From assembly GCA_964016885.1 (NCBI GenBank), contig OZ024743.1, positions 65,906,001-65,970,000 on the forward strand: DNA of 64,000 bases, given 5' to 3'. The translations under genes were made by a program, and so were the position numbers. This document shows, piece by piece, positions 63,150-64,000 of this stretch (position 1 is the stretch's first letter; the number at the start of each line of letters is the position of its first letter). The notes below the pieces were generated by a model. That model did not search any database. It was not told the DNA's origin and worked only from the letters and a program-made list of their open reading frames with translations. This stretch comes from Eledone cirrhosa (lineage: Eukaryota).

Positions 63150-63415
63150 ATGTTTGCGTGTGAGCGTGTGTGAAAGAGTGTGTGTGTGAGTGAGTGTGAA
63201 TGTATGAAGGTGTGTATTTGTTCGTAAATGTCTGTGTGTGAGCGTATATATTTGTTTGTGAATGTGTGAAGGTGTGTTTTTGTTCGTGAATATATGTGTG
63301 TGTGTATTTGTTCGTGAATATATATATATATGTGTGTGTGTATGTATGTGTGCGTGCGTGCGTGAGAGTGTATAGATGTCTGTGTGAATGTGTGAAGATG
63401 TGTATTTGTTCGTGA

Positions 63416-63450
<35 letters not shown>

Positions 63451-64000
63451 TGTATATATTTGTTCGTGAATGTATGTGAGTATGTGCCTGTGTGTGTGTG
63501 AAGTGTATATATGTTTTTGTGAATGTGTGGAGGTGTGTATTTGTTCGTGAATGTGTGTGTGTGTATTTGTTTGTGAATGTGTATGTGTGTCTGAGTGTGT
63601 GTATTTGTTTGAGAATGTGTGTCTGTGTGTGTGTCTGAGTGTGTGTATTTGTTTGTGAATGTGTGTATGTGTCTGAGTGTGTGTATTTGTTTGTGAATGA
63701 GTGTGTGTGTGTATGTGTGTGAATGTCTGTGTGTATGAATGTGTGTGTTGTTGTTGTTGTGTGTGTGTATAAATTTATGTATGTGTGTATGTGTGTGTGT
63801 TAGTGTGAGTGTGTGTATGTGAATGTGTGTCCATGTATGTGTATGTGTATGAGTGTGTGTGAATGTGTGTGCGTGAATGTGTGTGTGTGAATTTGTGTGT
63901 GTATATGTGTATGTGTATGTATAAGAGTGTGTTAGTGTGTGTATGTGAATGTATGTGTATGTATGTGAGTGTGTGTATGTATGTGTATGTTTATTTGAGT
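63150..64000. repeat. (TG)n-derived minisatellite with recurring TATTTGTT(C/T)GTGAAT motif
   Basis: Directly visible. Confidence 0.92.

Overview
AT-rich, microsatellite-saturated animal genomic DNA made almost entirely of transposable elements. The SINE sequences and repeat landscape resemble an octopus (coleoid cephalopod) genome; this is pattern recognition, not a database result. Main contents: (1) three copies of one L1/Tx1-like LINE family, comprising a degraded full-length copy (- strand, ~11.1-16.9 kb), an older split fragment (9.2-11.1 kb) and a young 5'-truncated copy with an open 1142-codon ORF2 and a 19-bp target-site duplication (58.3-62.9 kb); (2) a near full-length RTE LINE that has lost its RT catalytic motif (42-46 kb), six copies of a bipartite non-autonomous RTE-type element, and one copy of a second such element; (3) Penelope-like elements of two types, with several hammerhead-ribozyme motifs and short self-templated palindromes embedded in (TA)n; (4) a CRE-like restriction-endonuclease retrotransposon fragment; (5) three non-autonomous Helitrons, a piggyBac-type MITE, two long-inverted-repeat (foldback) structures, and about 15 tRNA-derived SINE copies. 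No recognisable host gene is present. A few isolated minus-strand candidate exons are reported at low confidence. Most ORFs in the track are microsatellite or antisense artefacts.
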